Assembly (NCBI GenBank): GCA_964016885.1
Contig: OZ024754.1
Span: 372,001-436,000 of the forward strand
Reading direction: 5' to 3'
DNA length: 64,000 nucleotides
DNA from: Eledone cirrhosa
Taxonomy: Eukaryota
The position numbers and the translations under genes are program-made. Below are positions 60,805-64,000 of the stretch, in pieces. Position 1 is the first letter of the stretch; the number at the start of each line of letters is the position of its first letter. Under the pieces are notes generated by a model, which was not told the DNA's origin, searched no databases, and worked only from the letters and a program-made list of their open reading frames with translations.

Positions 60805-61907
60805 AGGTTCACTCTTATATGTTGTAGTCCCAGATATACTATGTCTATATAGGTTCACTATTAGATGTTGTACTCCCAGATATACTATGTCTATATAGGT
60901 TTACTCTTATATGTTGTAGTCCCAGACATACTATGTCTATATAGGTTCACTATTAGATGTTGTAGTCCCAGATATACTATGTCTATATAGGTTCACTATT
61001 AGATGTTGTAGTCCCAGATATACTATGTCTATATAGGTTTACTCTTATATGTTGTAGTCCCAGACATACTATGTCTATATAGGTTTACTCTTATATGTTG
61101 TAGTCCCAGACATACTATGTCTATATAGGTTCACTCTTAGATGTTGTGGTCCCAGATATACTATGTCTATATAGGTTCACTATTAGATGTTGTACTCCCA
61201 GATATACTATGTCTATATAGGTTCACTCTTAGATGTTGTAGTCCCAGACATACTATGTCTATATAGGTTCACTCTTAGATGTTGTAGTCTCAGACATACT
61301 ATGTCTATATAGGTTCACTCTTATATGTTGTAGTCCCAGATATACTATGTCTATATAGGTTCACTATTAGATGTTGTAGTCCCAGATATACTATGTCTAT
61401 ATAGGTTCACTCTTAGATGTTGTAGTCCCAGATATACTATGTCTATATAGGTTCACTCTTAGATGTTGTAGTCCCAGATATACTATGTCTATATAGGTTC
61501 ACTCTTATATGTTGTACTCCCAGACATACTATGTCTATATAGGTTCACTCTTATATGTTGTAGTCCCAGATATACTATGTCTATATAGGTTCACTCTTAT
61601 ATGTTGTACTCCCAGACATACTATGTCTATATAGGTTCACTATTAGATGTTGTGGTCCCAGATATACTATGTCTATATAGGTTCACTATTAGATGTTGTA
61701 GTCCCAGATATACTATGTCTATATAGGTTTACTCTTATATGTTGTAGTCCCAGACATACTATGTCTATATAGGTTCACTCTTATATGTTGTAGTCCCAGA
61801 TATACTATGTCTATATAGGTTCACTATTAGATGTTGTAGTCCCAGATATACTATGTCTATATAGGTTCACTCTTAGATGTTGTAGTCCCAGATATACTAT
61901 GTCTATA
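60805..61907. repeat. 46-bp tandem minisatellite (~24 copies)
   Basis: AGGTTCACT(C/A)TTA(G/T)ATGTTGTAGTCCCAGA(T/C)ATACTATGTCTATAT unit. Confidence 0.97.
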
Positions 61908-62636
61908 AAATAAAAACCGGATGTTTACAATCTTGATTGCCTTTTAATCATGTTTTTCTTTTCTCTTTTCAATCATGCCTAACCTACACCACCAACAACA
62001 ACTCCACAACGTCACTATTGATAACAACACTCAATGACGTTCAATAGAATGGTCTATCTTCAAGCCAGGAGTAGGTTACAGACCCTTCCTACAACAATGA
62101 ACTTGAAACTGGAATATGTTAGATAAGAATACAACTATTACGGAAACTGTTTTTTACTGATACTTCATCATCCTGGTGAAACAGGAAGGAAAAGGGGGGT
62201 GTGGCGCAGGATATTATAGAACCTAACCTTCGGCCTGCTAATGTTGCTGCTGCTACTACTACTACTACTACTACTACATATACTTAGATACACACACAAG
62301 CACATATACTAACTATACATACACATCGCCAGAATGAAACACATACAAACATAAGTACTTGTCTGAACGTCAGCAATGATGGCATTGGATTGTTCATTGT
62401 CTCCAATAAAATTCCATTGAATCATGGGCCTAAACATGTATAAGTCAATGACTGTAGACATGTATATAATAATTGTTTCTACTTTTGGCACAAGGCCAGC
62501 AATTAACCAGTGTATTACAGGTACTTTATTTTATCGACCCCATAAGGATGAAAGGCAAAGTTAACCTCGGCAGGATTTGAACTCAGAATGGCAAGGGCCG
62601 TAACTCTTTGCATCAAAGCATGGCGTCCGACCCTCT

Positions 62637-62805
62637 ACAAGAGTCGGCTGAAAAGTTCATAGGCTGACTATGAAGAAGTGATGCTAGAGCTGTGAAATCT
62701 TGCAGGCATTAATTTCAACTCTTTTTATTAATAACTGCATTGTTTCATAAACCTCATTTGGTCATTTCATGAGTGTATCTTGGTCAGCTTATGAACTTCT
62801 ATGAA
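62637..62805. mobile_element. Probable mariner-type MITE truncating a SINE
   Basis: TA-CAAGAGTCGGCTGAAAAGTTCATAGGCTGAC ... GTCAGCTTATGAACTT. Confidence 0.5.
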
Positions 62806-63116
62806 CTATAGCCTATCTGGATGGGTTACTCTAAATATAGTTTTTAAAGAATATATATATCATTGTTTCTACTTTAGGCACAAGGCCAGCAATCACCCAG
62901 TGCATTACTGGTACTTTATTTTATCGACCCCGTAAGGATGAAAGGCAAAGGGAACCTCGGCGGGATTTGAACTCAGACCGTAAAGGGACGTAACTATGCT
63001 GGAAAGCATGGCATCCGACTCTCTACCGATACTGCCATACATGACAAAGGGAATTTTTTTAATTTCTTTCGTTCACAACATTCGTATTTGCTTACCTCTG
63101 TCATTTTATATATATA

Positions 63117-63580
63117 CTAGCAGAGGTACCCGGCGTTGCTCGGATATTAAATAGCAGTTGTGTATACCATTTATGTCAATACTTCAGTGCTGCTTCGAAA
63201 ACTATACTTTTACAAAATCATCGGCTTTTTCCAAAAGGGGGTTCCTGCCCCCAGGGGTCCCCTACCCAATATGTGCCAATTCTGAGAGTTCACATTCATC
63301 TGTAGGACAAGCGTAGCCCATATGTCAAGTTTTGTGAAAATCGGTTGCGAACTCCAGAAGTTATGACGTTTTGTTGCATTGCACTGCAGTGCTTCCGTCG
63401 ACTCCCAGGAAGTGGTTAAAGGGGTTATCTGCCGGGAGGCCCTATAATCAATATCTGTAAAAATGAAAGTGCCCATGACCATCTGGAGTACATAAATAAC
63501 CTATGTCTTAAGTTTGGTGAAAATACTGTAGAAATGCATAAGGTTTATACATACGCGCGTGCGTTCGTGTGAGGGGGGGG
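63117..63580 (-). mobile_element. Helitron-type element, 3' end at 63117 (other boundary uncertain)
   Basis: Minus strand ends CCGAGCAACGCCGGGTACCTCTG-CTAG|T. Confidence 0.6.
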
Positions 63581-64000
63581 TATATGTATGTGTATGTACT
63601 GGCCTAAATCTTCACTATTTACTTTTACTATTTTAATAACCTCTGTCATTTTCGTTTTCAATTTTATTTACATCATTCTTAAACTCCGGGGCTGGAAATC
63701 ATTCTGTTATTTTAAATAGAATATTAGTATAACGACTCCATTTATACCATAAACTTGGTCTTGTCTTTGCATGAAATTGTTCTTCACGCTCCACATAACG
63801 ACGTATTATCCTCGCTTTTTTTCCTGTTCATTGCCAGGGAACGTCTTCCTGTTTTCGTTCGGTTGCAACGTTTCTCGAAATATTTACTTCTGCATTCACA
63901 GATTACTCTCAGTTCAATTTGAATGGGAAATTCCTGTTTCATTGATTTTCTTGTAGCTTGAAAGTCGACCCAACGCCTCCTCGGGTCATTCTGCATAACT

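Overview
Repeat-rich, AT-rich metazoan DNA. The SINE, LINE and Helitron content and gene set suggest an octopod cephalopod (inference). The first 13.6 kb carry the last 8 coding exons of TGFBRAP1 (Vps3/Vps39-family CORVET subunit) on the + strand, with introns inflated by tandem arrays. Downstream is an accessory block with an intronless, SAM-less SAMHD1-like HD-domain gene and three intronless class A GPCR paralogues. Two of the GPCRs form a mosaic: nearly identical from the start codon to mid-TM5 and again across ECL3/TM7, but highly divergent over the cytoplasmic TM5-ICL3-TM6 region and C-tail. The intergenic DNA holds tRNA-derived SINEs, non-autonomous Helitrons (one carrying a CRE retrotransposon fragment), piggyBac, mariner and hAT MITEs, and RTE, R4/Dong, Tx1, CR1, CRE and Penelope fragments. 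It also has about 9 minisatellite arrays, several born inside TE ends. At least eight minimal type-I hammerhead ribozyme motifs of the Penelope pseudo-LTR kind are readable by eye, including an identical pair in the arms of a ~1.3-kb inverted repeat. The long ORFs over tandem repeats are artefacts. All alignments and folds were done by eye.
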